The notes under the pieces are model-generated. The model was given only the letters and a program-made list of their open reading frames with translations. It had not been told where the DNA came from and did not search any database. The position numbers were made by a program, and so were the translations under genes. Shown here piece by piece: positions 39,660 to 49,350 of a stretch of 64,000 nucleotides of DNA (positions are counted from its first letter, which is position 1; every line of letters starts with the position of its first letter). The DNA is from an uncultured Flavobacteriaceae bacterium (GTDB taxonomy: Bacteria > Bacteroidota > Bacteroidia > Flavobacteriales > Flavobacteriaceae): positions 37-64,036 of the forward strand of contig CAJXUB010000007.1 in the NCBI GenBank assembly GCA_913061125.1. Reading direction: 5' to 3'.

Positions 39660-42440
39660 TTAGTTGTTAATTGTCCATCCGATGTAATACATAGAACCGA
39701 TAAATCCTGTTCCAAATGCGGTAAAGTACTCATCGCCTAACAAGTTGGTTGCTCCAGCCTTAAATGTTGATTTAAAGCTTGGAACGTTTAAGTTTACTTG
39801 AGCATCAAGAACGTGGTACTCAGGAACGATTCCATTCCCAAAGGTTGCTTCCCAATAGTAATCGTCGCTGTATCGGTAGGCAATGTTAAATCCAAAGTTT
39901 TCAAAAACTTCAGTATTTCCAAACGCTGCTTTAAACTTGTGTTCTGGCGTATTGAAGTTGGTGGTAAAATCAGGATAAGTATCACGATCAAAATCTAATT
40001 TTGCATAGGTATAACTACCACTAAGATCATAATTCCCAAAGATTTTTGTGGAAACTCCAAGCGACGCACCGTAAGATTTTACAGGCACTTCTGAGTTCGT
40101 GTAAGTACTGTACGCTTGATAATCTCCGTTTGCAATTGCTGCTACAGATAATGCATTGTCGCCAACGCTACCATAGAATGGTGCAATAACCACTTCTTGA
40201 GAAATAAAGTCCTCATATTTGTTGTAATAGGCACTAAAATCCACGATTGTTTTATTAAATTTTCCACGATACCCGACTTCAATTGAGGTCACCTGTTCGG
40301 GTTTAATAACGTCCGGATTAGCAATTTCTAAAACGGCAGGGTTGCCAGTCGCTGCTAAAGCTCCGACCGATGATGCAGTATATGAATTGTTATAGGCAGA
40401 TGCTCCAGTTTGCGTAATTGTTGCAGGAACCCCTAGCGCTTGACCTGATGCAGAAACATTATAGTCTCTAGAGTAGCGATCCAAGTTTGCAGGAGCAGAC
40501 CCGACAAGGATGGCACGACCTGCATCCAAGCCTATAAATAAATCTTGTGTCGTTGGATTTCTAAATCCAGTTTGAACTGAAGCTCTAATGTTATGATTTT
40601 GATTTAGTGTTAAACCGGCAGATAAACGTGGTGAAAAGAAGCCGTCAAAGAATTCTGATTTGTCGTAACGTACAGACCCTGTTAATTTCAAATCCATAGA
40701 TGAGGATACTTCCATTTCTTTTTGAAGTTGGGTGTAAACCCCATATTCGTTGTAGTCTATGGCACCGTCATAATCGGTATAGATTGTTCCAGAAGAGTTT
40801 AGGCTGTACTGTCTGTAAGACCCTCCCACTTGAACTTCAGCAAAATCAATCATATCTCTAAAATTATAATTGAAATCTCCGTGGTAATACTTTGATGCAT
40901 CCTGAAATTTTGAACCTGTTGATAAATCAGGATCATTTATGCTTTCATTGAAGGCATTTTCGAATCCTTCAGATCCTGGCAAAAAACGACCGGTATCGGC
41001 GGCTGCACGAGCTGCGGCGTGGGCCTGATCACTGGTTGCTCCGCCAAGCGTTTGCAAAACATAAGCACCAGCATATTCACCAAACCAAGTGCTGTCATCT
41101 TTCCATGCTCTGTTGATGTTGATGCCTGTAAACACCATGTCATAAGAATCACCGGCTTTATCAGACACCACATAACCGCGGGCAAAGAAATTATCGTTTC
41201 TTACTTCGATTTTGTGCTGTTGCTGGAAGAAATTTTTGATGTTGTATCGGTTTGTTCCTTGGTATATGGTATTTCCAGTTCCTATTTTACCAACATAGGA
41301 GATTTCAAAATCGTTTTCAAATGGACGGTAATACAATCCCCAATCGGCTTTTATACTTTCCGCATTGTAATTTGTTAAATGTCTTTCGTTATATCCTGTT
41401 CTACTGACATTTACATCTGGGAGCAGCGTGCTAGACCCTGCGGGCAGAACCCCCAAACCTTCAAGAGCGACACCAACTTGTTTAATATTGGTAGAAACCT
41501 CATCTCCATAAACATTAATTCCGTTGTAGTTAGGGTTCGAAGCTCTGGTACCACCAATCATATCACTATCGACTTCGCTGGTGGCCGCCCAATCGGTTCC
41601 CTTTAGGTAACCAAAGTTAACTTTAGCAGCAAATTTGTCATTAAATTTATGAGCCATTCGAATACCAAAATCGGTATAGGTGTTATCTCCTGCGGCTTCT
41701 TGTGAGGTTAAACCACGCTTTAAACTAACGCTGATTCCAGTATGATCAAAAGGGTTTTTGCTTCGCATGAATAAAATACCATTGAAGGCATTTGCTCCAT
41801 ACAGTGCAGAAGATGCCCCTGGTAGAAGTTCTACGCTTTGGACGTCTGTTTCAATCATTCCTACTAAGTTCCCAATAGGAAAGTTGAGGGCTGGTGTGGA
41901 GTTGTCCATACCGTCAACCAACTGCATAAAACGGGTGTTGGCAAAGGTGGCAAATCCTCTTGTATTGATGGACTGAAATGTCAAACTGTTGGTATTGACA
42001 TCCACTCCCTTTAGGTTTTCAAGCCCGCCATAAAAATCAGCGGAAGCGGTATTTTTAATTTCTTTAATTCCAAAACGTTCAACCGTTACTGGAGATTCAA
42101 AAATACGCTCGGGGGTTCGCGAGGCCGATATGACAACCTCATCCAAGATGCTGCCTTCTTTAAGGGTAATGGTTAGATCTTGATTGTTCGAATTTACCTC
42201 TTGTGTAAAGGTTTCGAATCCAACACTACTGACTTGGATTGTAATGGGTGGGTTTTGATTTACGGTAAGTGTAAACTTCCCATCAAAATCGGAGATGGCT
42301 CCTGTTGAGGTTCCAACAACAATAACGTTTGCTCCTGGAAGTGGCAATCCACTCTCATCGTTTACGGTTCCTGTTACTGTTGTTTGAGCAAAAGAAACCA
42401 CACCAAATAGTAATGTAAAAATCTTTAAAATTGTTTTCAT
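39660..42440 (-). CDS. TonB-dependent receptor with N-terminal carboxypeptidase-regulatory-like domain
   Basis: Signal peptide, a CarboxypepD_reg-like segment (VTGTVNDESGLPLPGANVIV ... DFDGKFTL), a plug (ERFGIKEIK ... NTRGF ... VDGMDN) and a long beta-barrel. Confidence 0.88.
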   Translation of the reverse strand: MKTILKIFTLLFGVVSFAQTTVTGTVNDESGLPLPGANVIVVGTSTGAISDFDGKFTLTVNQNPPITIQVSSVGFETFTQEVNSNNQDLTITLKEGSILDEVVISASRTPERIFESPVTVERFGIKEIKNTASADFYGGLENLKGVDVNTNSLTFQSINTRGFATFANTRFMQLVDGMDNSTPALNFPIGNLVGMIETDVQSVELLPGASSALYGANAFNGILFMRSKNPFDHTGISVSLKRGLTSQEAAGDNTYTDFGIRMAHKFNDKFAAKVNFGYLKGTDWAATSEVDSDMIGGTRASNPNYNGINVYGDEVSTNIKQVGVALEGLGVLPAGSSTLLPDVNVSRTGYNERHLTNYNAESIKADWGLYYRPFENDFEISYVGKIGTGNTIYQGTNRYNIKNFFQQQHKIEVRNDNFFARGYVVSDKAGDSYDMVFTGININRAWKDDSTWFGEYAGAYVLQTLGGATSDQAHAAARAAADTGRFLPGSEGFENAFNESINDPDLSTGSKFQDASKYYHGDFNYNFRDMIDFAEVQVGGSYRQYSLNSSGTIYTDYDGAIDYNEYGVYTQLQKEMEVSSSMDLKLTGSVRYDKSEFFDGFFSPRLSAGLTLNQNHNIRASVQTGFRNPTTQDLFIGLDAGRAILVGSAPANLDRYSRDYNVSASGQALGVPATITQTGASAYNNSYTASSVGALAATGNPAVLEIANPDVIKPEQVTSIEVGYRGKFNKTIVDFSAYYNKYEDFISQEVVIAPFYGSVGDNALSVAAIANGDYQAYSTYTNSEVPVKSYGASLGVSTKIFGNYDLSGSYTYAKLDFDRDTYPDFTTNFNTPEHKFKAAFGNTEVFENFGFNIAYRYSDDYYWEATFGNGIVPEYHVLDAQVNLNVPSFKSTFKAGATNLLGDEYFTAFGTGFIGSMYYIGWTINN

Positions 42441-42651
42441 TAGTTGTAATTTTTTTGGTTTGCTTGTGTTTTGTTTATTTAATAATTAATAAATATAGAC
42501 ATTTTATTTCATAATGTCTCTTTCAGAGTTATAAAAAATTGACAAAATGAAAATAGAGCTTTACATAGGGGAGTCAAAGCCGTGGTCAAAAATAACTTTG
42601 AGAGCGACATAATTTCGGTTTATATAGCACGGATAAAACCTGCCTTTTGAA

Positions 42652-44499
42652 CTACTCCACCGTTACCGATTTCGCCAAATTTCTTGGTTGATCAACATTT
42701 TTATTCAACAAAATTGCAATGTAATACGACAAAAGCTGAAGCGGAATGGTTGTTAACAGAGGGGAAAGCAGCTCGGAAGATTCTGGAACTTCAATGATAT
42801 GGTCTGCAATGCTCTTGACTTGGGTGTCGCCTTTAGTCACAATTCCAATAATTTTACCCTTTCTGGATTTTATTTCCTGAATGTTACTCACTATTTTTTC
42901 ATAATGACCGTATTTTGTAGCAATGACTACTATGGGCATATTCTCATCAATGAGCGCAATGGGGCCATGTTTCATTTCGGCAGCAGGATACCCCTCTGCG
43001 TGGATGTACGAAATTTCTTTAAGCTTGAGGGCGCCTTCTAGAGCCACTGGAAAATTAAATCCTCTTCCAAGGTATAAAAAGTTGGAGGCATCTTTGTAGA
43101 TTTCACCAATCATTTTTGTGAGCTTATCGGCCTCCAAAACTTCCTCAACTTTTGAGGGGATCGTTTCCAGTTCCACCAAATAGCGTTTGTAATCTGAGTT
43201 TGATAGTGTGCCTTTGGCTTTGGCTAGTCGAAGAGCAATCAGAGTCAATAGGGTAATTTGTGTGGTAAATGCCTTTGTTGAAGCGACTCCAATTTCTGGA
43301 CCAGCATGGGTGTACGCTCCCGAGTGAGTTTCTCTCGAAATCGAGGAGCCAACCACATTGCAAACTCCAAAGACAAACGCGCCGTTTTCTTTGGCAAGTT
43401 TAATAGCGGCTAGTGTATCTGCGGTTTCTCCAGATTGAGAAATCGCAATAACAACATCTTTATTTGAGATAACAGGATTTCTGTAACGGAATTCTGAGGC
43501 ATACTCAACTTCCACGGGAATGCGGGCTAATTTTTCAAACACATATTCGGCCACCAAGCCAGCGTGCCACGATGTTCCACAAGCGACAATAGTTATCTTT
43601 TGAGCATTTAGAAAGGTTTCAAGATGATCTTCAACCCCCGCCATTTTAATGATTCCTTTGCTGACATTGAGTCGTCCTCTGTACGTATCTTTTATGGCTT
43701 CAGGTTGCTCAAAAATTTCTTTTAGCATGAAATGTTCATACCCGCCTTTTTCAATTTCTTCGAGATTTAGTTTGAGTTCTTGAACGTAGGGGCTAACCAA
43801 GCGGTCGTTTGTGATGTTGCGAATTTTAGTGTCTTTGTGCAGCCGAATGATGGCCATTTCCTCATCCTCCAGATATATCGCATTATTGGTATATTCTATA
43901 AAAGGCGAGGCATCACTAGCGATAAAAAATTCGCCCTCTCCAACACCAATCGCTAAGGGGCTACCCAGCCGAGCCGCTATGATTTCATTGGGTTTTTTTA
44001 AATCAAAAACAGCTATGGCATAAGCTCCAATCACCTGGTTTAGAGCAACTTGAACAGCTTTACCAAGTTTGAAATTACCGTTTTTTTGAACGTCTTCAAT
44101 AAGATTAACCAAAACTTCAGTATCGGTATCCGATTGAAATACATAGCCTCTGTTTTCAAGTTCTTGTTTTATGGTGGCATAATTTTCAATAATACCGTTG
44201 TGAATAATAACTAAATCGCCAGAGTTTGAATAGTGCGGATGCGAATTGACATCATTTGGGATGCCGTGAGTTGCCCATCGGGTATGTCCAATACCAATTG
44301 TTCCTGAAGTATTATTACCGTTGAGAATCTTTTCTTCTAAATCACTGACTTTCCCTTTAGTTTTGGTAACATTGATTTCTTTTCCATCAAAAAGGGCAAT
44401 TCCAGCACTATCATACCCTCTGTACTCTAAACGTTTCAGCCCTTTAACAATGATCGGTTGGGCTTCTCTATAACCGATGTATCCTACAATGCCGCACAT
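42652..44499 (-). CDS. glmS: Glutamine--fructose-6-phosphate aminotransferase
   Basis: MCGIVGYIG N-terminal nucleophile, two SIS domains and the C-terminus LAKSVTVE. Confidence 0.97.
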   Translation of the reverse strand: MCGIVGYIGYREAQPIIVKGLKRLEYRGYDSAGIALFDGKEINVTKTKGKVSDLEEKILNGNNTSGTIGIGHTRWATHGIPNDVNSHPHYSNSGDLVIIHNGIIENYATIKQELENRGYVFQSDTDTEVLVNLIEDVQKNGNFKLGKAVQVALNQVIGAYAIAVFDLKKPNEIIAARLGSPLAIGVGEGEFFIASDASPFIEYTNNAIYLEDEEMAIIRLHKDTKIRNITNDRLVSPYVQELKLNLEEIEKGGYEHFMLKEIFEQPEAIKDTYRGRLNVSKGIIKMAGVEDHLETFLNAQKITIVACGTSWHAGLVAEYVFEKLARIPVEVEYASEFRYRNPVISNKDVVIAISQSGETADTLAAIKLAKENGAFVFGVCNVVGSSISRETHSGAYTHAGPEIGVASTKAFTTQITLLTLIALRLAKAKGTLSNSDYKRYLVELETIPSKVEEVLEADKLTKMIGEIYKDASNFLYLGRGFNFPVALEGALKLKEISYIHAEGYPAAEMKHGPIALIDENMPIVVIATKYGHYEKIVSNIQEIKSRKGKIIGIVTKGDTQVKSIADHIIEVPESSELLSPLLTTIPLQLLSYYIAILLNKNVDQPRNLAKSVTVE

Positions 44500-44520
44500 A
44501 TGTTTAAATCTTTTTTGGGT

Positions 44521-46155
44521 TTAATTTTCAGAATCGGTATAGTAGATATTTAATTTCACTTTTTTGGTAACATCACTGGAATTATTTCCATGTAAAATTA
44601 CACTCTTTGGGGATAGGATGCTTCCTGTTGGGATGCCATTGACCTGGTTGTCATAAGTCAAAAAGGTTTTCATGTCTGTCGCTCCAACATTTGATGACAC
44701 TAGCAGTCCAATTTTGACATTTGTGGAGTCTTTAGTGACTATATTGTTGAGGTGCCCTGTTAATCTAATTTTATATTTTCGTTGCTCTGTTCCAGCGTCA
44801 TTGGTTTCAGTGCTTACGGGGACCAAGTGTGCAAACTTGGAGTCCGACGTTTTAGAATTTACAGAGCTGTCCAAATAATAATCTGCCAAAGGAATTTTGT
44901 TGTTTAGGTCGAAAACAAACACTCTGTTTGGCACATCCGAATTGGTAGCCATTGCAGTTTCATCTATGTAAAATTCGAGGTAAGCTTCGTTAATTAAGCG
45001 CTTGACGATGGTTTCATCACCGTCATTTTCTTTGAAATCTGTAATGTAATCGTCAAAATCATTTCCCGATTCGTCTTCCGAAAACAATTCTACTATAGCC
45101 ATTGCGCCCTCGCCCCCTTTGAGGTACAATTGAGCATCCCCCTCTTGAGGATTGGAGTTGGCAATATTTTGCAATACAGCAGGATCAAAATTATTCTCAA
45201 AAATATTCACTCTTTTACCATTGAATCCCAAGTCGTAACTGCCTTGTCTTTCCGACGTTTCATCGGTTGTTGTTGAAGTAACTTCGTAGGTATAGTGCAG
45301 TTTTAAGTGCGCGTTGGCCGATACAAAATCCAGTTGAATGAGGGTGCCATCAGCAGCTCCAGGCGACAGGGGTTCAACCTTAAAATATAACCCTCGGAAA
45401 TAGTTGTAAAAATTATTAGCGCTACTCAATTCATCGTCGTCTTCTTTGTCGAAAATTAACTCTTCCCAAAAATTATTGGGGAGATCGTTGGGGTCAAATT
45501 TAACCCTAAGACTGGGAGTTAGCGTAGCGGTCGTTTCAGTTTCTCCTTCAGAATTTGTGGTGGTCAAAGGGATGGGGTCATTACTTGGAAGAAAACTGGT
45601 ATTTTGGTACAGCAATTGCCCTTCTAGTTCCGCCGAATTTAGAGCTTCTGTTGGTGATAAACTCCCATTGGAATAGTAGCTTTGTGTAGCTTCAAGGTCA
45701 CTTCCAGGGTCGAAATCACGAAGCAGAAAGTTGTTTTTAAAGATGGATAACTTTATGGGAGTTTGACCATAAAGAGAATCAATCGAATACACATCGTCTT
45801 GTTTTCTGCTGGAATACGGGATTGTTAGAACTACAGAATCCAATACTGTATTGTCACCAAAATTCGGGGAGTAATTTTTTGGGGTTAATTGAGTCAAAAA
45901 ATGAACTGTTGTACTTCCAAAATTAGGGTCGTAATAGTACCCCAAAAGGTTCTTCGCCAAGGCATTGGTTTGGATGGGGGTAATTCTTTTGTTGTAAGTT
46001 TTAACAGGATACGTGGCGCTTTGGATGGTAATATTTTGGTTGCCAATCACGTCGGTTCCTATGTCAGAAAAGTCTTTTTCACAAGAAGTAACCAGACTTA
46101 CATAGAAACCTAGTACAAAAAACAAACGAACGGAAGGGTACATCAGATAGTTCAT
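44521..46155 (-). CDS. DUF4270-like lipoprotein
   Basis: Lipobox LVTSC. It sits in the conserved Bacteroidota position between the short GlgA-like gene and glmS. The family call is from memory. Confidence 0.6.
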   Translation of the reverse strand: MNYLMYPSVRLFFVLGFYVSLVTSCEKDFSDIGTDVIGNQNITIQSATYPVKTYNKRITPIQTNALAKNLLGYYYDPNFGSTTVHFLTQLTPKNYSPNFGDNTVLDSVVLTIPYSSRKQDDVYSIDSLYGQTPIKLSIFKNNFLLRDFDPGSDLEATQSYYSNGSLSPTEALNSAELEGQLLYQNTSFLPSNDPIPLTTTNSEGETETTATLTPSLRVKFDPNDLPNNFWEELIFDKEDDDELSSANNFYNYFRGLYFKVEPLSPGAADGTLIQLDFVSANAHLKLHYTYEVTSTTTDETSERQGSYDLGFNGKRVNIFENNFDPAVLQNIANSNPQEGDAQLYLKGGEGAMAIVELFSEDESGNDFDDYITDFKENDGDETIVKRLINEAYLEFYIDETAMATNSDVPNRVFVFDLNNKIPLADYYLDSSVNSKTSDSKFAHLVPVSTETNDAGTEQRKYKIRLTGHLNNIVTKDSTNVKIGLLVSSNVGATDMKTFLTYDNQVNGIPTGSILSPKSVILHGNNSSDVTKKVKLNIYYTDSEN

Positions 46156-46171
46156 AAATAATGAAAGGGGT

Positions 46172-46981
46172 TTATCCTAAAATTTGAGTGGTATAAAATT
46201 CGGTGTAGGCCTCAGCGAAAGCTTCCGGGTATTGATAATCTAAAACGGGCTTGTCGCAATCTTCAATATAGGCGTTGAGTTCTTCTGAAAGGTTTTGAGA
46301 TCCTTTAATCAATCCATCCGAAAAATCAATAGCTGTTTTCATAAGGTTGTTGTAATTTGGCTGGGTTAAATTTTGAAGATGCTCGTCTTCAATTTCATCA
46401 AAACGAACCTTTTCAACTAAAGTTGAGTTTAAACTTGCATCAAAACTTTTTTGATAAATTGAAGTCACAATTTTACTGTTCTTAAACAGCGGTTCATCTT
46501 TGTAATACTGTTTTAAATATAAAGGCAATAATGATGCCAACCACCCGTGAGCATGAATAATATCGGGGGCCCAATTGAGTTTTTTGACCGTTTCAATGAC
46601 ACCTTTTGCAAAGAAAATGGCGCGTTCGTCGTTGTCTTCAAACAAGTTTCCATCCTCATCGGTTAGTGTCGCTTTGCGCCTAAAATACTCTTCGTTATCG
46701 ATAAAATACACCTGAATTCTTTCTTTGGGAATAGAGGCCACCTTGATGATTAGGGGCATATCCAAATCATTAACAACCAAGTTAATTCCTGACAGTCGAA
46801 TAACTTCGTGAAGTTGGTGGCGGCGTTCGTTGATATTGCCATAGCGTGGCATAAAAATACGAATCTGGCCTCCTTGTTTATTAACCATTCTAGGGGCTTC
46901 AAAAGACATGGATGATATTTCTGTTTCTGGCAAATACGGCACTACTTCCGATGATACATACAATATTCTCTTGTCTTTCAT
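46172..46981 (-). CDS. Short glycogen/starch synthase-like protein (GT5 N-terminal domain only)
   Basis: The start is moved to MKDKRILYVSSEVVPY. The region DIIHAHGWLASLLPLYLK is typical of the GlgA N-terminal half. At about 269 aa it lacks the C-terminal GT1 half. Confidence 0.75.
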   Translation of the reverse strand: MKDKRILYVSSEVVPYLPETEISSMSFEAPRMVNKQGGQIRIFMPRYGNINERRHQLHEVIRLSGINLVVNDLDMPLIIKVASIPKERIQVYFIDNEEYFRRKATLTDEDGNLFEDNDERAIFFAKGVIETVKKLNWAPDIIHAHGWLASLLPLYLKQYYKDEPLFKNSKIVTSIYQKSFDASLNSTLVEKVRFDEIEDEHLQNLTQPNYNNLMKTAIDFSDGLIKGSQNLSEELNAYIEDCDKPVLDYQYPEAFAEAYTEFYTTQILG

Positions 46982-47087
46982 AAACTCAAATGCTTTGATA
47001 TTCTCAATAAAAATTACGCAAAAATACAAAATTTTATGCAGATTATTTCGAATAGCTTAAGTTTGCACGCTGTAAGCGTTTTGATCA

Positions 47088-47939
47088 ATGAAGATTATTA
47101 ATTCAAGTTTAGATCTAGGGAAACAGTTGCAGATTTACAGAGCAGCTGCCAAAAGTGTTGGTTTTGTACCGACTATGGGGGCCTTGCATCAGGGTCATTT
47201 GTCCCTAATTCAAGAGGCGGTCAGGTGTAATGATTTGGTTGTGGTTAGTATTTTTGTTAATCCCACACAATTCAATAACAGTAAAGATTTGGAACAATAC
47301 CCCAAAACCCTGGAACGTGATGTTTTAAAAATTAAATCTGTTACAAGTACTGATCTTTTCGTTTTTATTCCCTCTGTTGAGGACATTTATGGCACTGATA
47401 TTTCCAGCAATTCATTTGATTTTGGAGGAATTGAACATCAAATGGAAGGGCAATTTAGACCCGGCCACTTTGATGGTGTGGGCACTGTAGTGCAAAAATT
47501 ATTCAATACCGTTAATCCCGATAGGGCCTATTTTGGAGAGAAAGATTTTCAACAATTGCAAATTATTAATCGCCTTGTTCATATAATGGGTTCTAAGATT
47601 TCGATCGTCTCTTGCCCGATAGCCAGAGAACCCAATGGATTGGCCATGAGCTCCAGGAACGCTCGCCTGACGACCCAAGAAAAAGAGCACGCCTCAAAAC
47701 TTTACAGAACCCTAAAAACAGTTCAGCACCAATTTGGCACGGATGATGTAAGTTACATTCAAGAATGGGTAAATAATCAATTTAAAGATGACGAAATAAT
47801 TTCGTTGGAATATTTTCAGATTTCGGACGAACTTACTCTAAAATCTACCCAAAAAATTAACACTAATATTAAATACAGAGCATTCATTGCGGCCTACATT
47901 CGAGACGTAAGATTAATTGATAATATCGCTCTAAATTAA
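47088..47939 (+). CDS. panC: Pantoate--beta-alanine ligase
   Basis: [14 protein letters not shown] and FGEKDFQQ motifs. Confidence 0.95.
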   Translation: MKIINSSLDLGKQLQIYRAAAKSVGFVPTMGALHQGHLSLIQEAVRCNDLVVVSIFVNPTQFNNSKDLEQYPKTLERDVLKIKSVTSTDLFVFIPSVEDIYGTDISSNSFDFGGIEHQMEGQFRPGHFDGVGTVVQKLFNTVNPDRAYFGEKDFQQLQIINRLVHIMGSKISIVSCPIAREPNGLAMSSRNARLTTQEKEHASKLYRTLKTVQHQFGTDDVSYIQEWVNNQFKDDEIISLEYFQISDELTLKSTQKINTNIKYRAFIAAYIRDVRLIDNIALN

Positions 47940-47952
47940 TTACCTTTGTGCC

Positions 47953-48303
47953 ATGTTAATTCAAGTTGTAAAATCGAAAATACATCGCGTTAAAGTTACA
48001 GGAGCTGACCTGGATTATATCGGAAGCATCACCATTGACGAAGATTTGATGGATGCCGCGAATATTATCCGAGGTGAAAAAATTCAGGTGGTTAACAATA
48101 CCAACGGCGAACGTTTAGAGACGTACGTTATTCCTGGGCCGAGGCAATCTGGAGAAATCACCCTAAATGGTGCTGCAGCACACAAAGTAACCATCGGAGA
48201 TGTTTTAATCCTCATTACCTATGCAACCCTGAGCGTTGATGAAGCCAAGGTTTTCCAACCCGCTTTGGTTTTTCCTGATGAAGCGACAAATTTATTGAAA
48301 TAA
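47953..48303 (+). CDS. panD: Aspartate 1-decarboxylase
   Basis: [23 protein letters not shown] (the self-processing GS site), 116 aa. Confidence 0.95.
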   Translation: MLIQVVKSKIHRVKVTGADLDYIGSITIDEDLMDAANIIRGEKIQVVNNTNGERLETYVIPGPRQSGEITLNGAAAHKVTIGDVLILITYATLSVDEAKVFQPALVFPDEATNLLK

Positions 48304-48309
48304 CCCGCT

Positions 48310-49284
48310 TTGAAATCGACCGTTACATCCGTCCTAAAAACAGTCTTGCCGCTTTTATTTGGGGCATTTTTGGTGTGGTACTCCTTGCAGAAAATTTCTA
48401 TTGAAACTCTAACACAGTATTTCAAAAACGCCAATTACAATTGGATTTTTTTAGGGGTTTTTTTAGGAGTTTTGAGTCATCTCTCAAGAGCATACCGTTG
48501 GAATTATATGACTTCTCCAATGGGCTATACCCTTAAATTGCCCAACAGCATAATGGCGGTATTTTCGGCCTATTTAATTAACTACACCATACCACGTGCA
48601 GGCGAAGTCACTCGGGCCACCATTGTAGCCAATTACGAAGGAATCCCTTTCGAAAAAGGTTTTGGAACTATCCTATCTGAACGAATAGCAGATGTTTTGA
48701 TGATGCTTTTCATCATGGCCTTGGCGTTGTTTCTCGAATACGATTTAATTTTCGATTTTTTCTTAAACAATTTTAATCCCAAACAACAATTTCTATGGGG
48801 CCTTTCTGTGCTGGCTGTCGCCGCTGTTTTATACACTGCAATTTCACGAAGTCAATGGTCAACAGTTGTAAAAATTAGGCGTTTCTTCTTGGGTGTTTTT
48901 GAAGGCGCGACCAGCATTTTTAAAATGAAGTATAAGTGGTCATTTATAGCGCACACCATTTTTATTTGGGCGATGTACATTTTGATGTTTTACGTCACTG
49001 CACTGTCCATAGAGCAAACCTCAGAATTGCCTTTTTCGGCCATTTTGATAGGTTTCATTGCTGCCAGTTTTAGTATTGGAGCCACCAATGGCGGAATCGG
49101 ATCTTACCCCATTGCCGTGTATGCTGCTTTGGCCATATTTAATGTGCCTGAAGCTCCGAGTCTTGCTTTTGGATGGATCATGTGGACCTCACACACCCTA
49201 ATGATTATAATTCTTGGCGGAATATCCCTCGTCTTGCTGCCCATCTACAACTCTTTCTCCAGCCAAAATACCTCAAAAAACTAA
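48310..49284 (+). CDS. Flippase-like / lysylphosphatidylglycerol synthase TM-region family membrane protein (UPF0104)
   Basis: About 8 TM segments and the motif RAYRWNYM ... NYTIPRAGEVTRA. TTG start. Confidence 0.65.
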   Translation: MKSTVTSVLKTVLPLLFGAFLVWYSLQKISIETLTQYFKNANYNWIFLGVFLGVLSHLSRAYRWNYMTSPMGYTLKLPNSIMAVFSAYLINYTIPRAGEVTRATIVANYEGIPFEKGFGTILSERIADVLMMLFIMALALFLEYDLIFDFFLNNFNPKQQFLWGLSVLAVAAVLYTAISRSQWSTVVKIRRFFLGVFEGATSIFKMKYKWSFIAHTIFIWAMYILMFYVTALSIEQTSELPFSAILIGFIAASFSIGATNGGIGSYPIAVYAALAIFNVPEAPSLAFGWIMWTSHTLMIIILGGISLVLLPIYNSFSSQNTSKN

Positions 49285-49350
49285 CGGAACAATTAGTTCT
49301 GTATGTTTAGTTTTATACTTAACTTGTAACACAAACCAATAACTAATTTA

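Noticed and set aside
42441-42651. A possible riboswitch or leader (for example cobalamin) upstream of the 926-aa TonB-dependent receptor, and a 21-aa ORF MKIELYIGESKPWSKITLRAT on the plus strand.
   Set aside because: No B12 box (GCCACTG) or other riboswitch core I recognise is present on the minus strand. The only structure is a 7-bp hairpin AGACATT/AATGTCT. The mini-ORF has no supporting context.
44500-44520. A glmS ribozyme upstream of glmS.
   Set aside because: Only 21 nt separate glmS from the upstream DUF4270 gene, which leaves no room for the ~170-nt ribozyme. As far as I recall, that element is characteristic mainly of Gram-positive bacteria rather than Bacteroidota.
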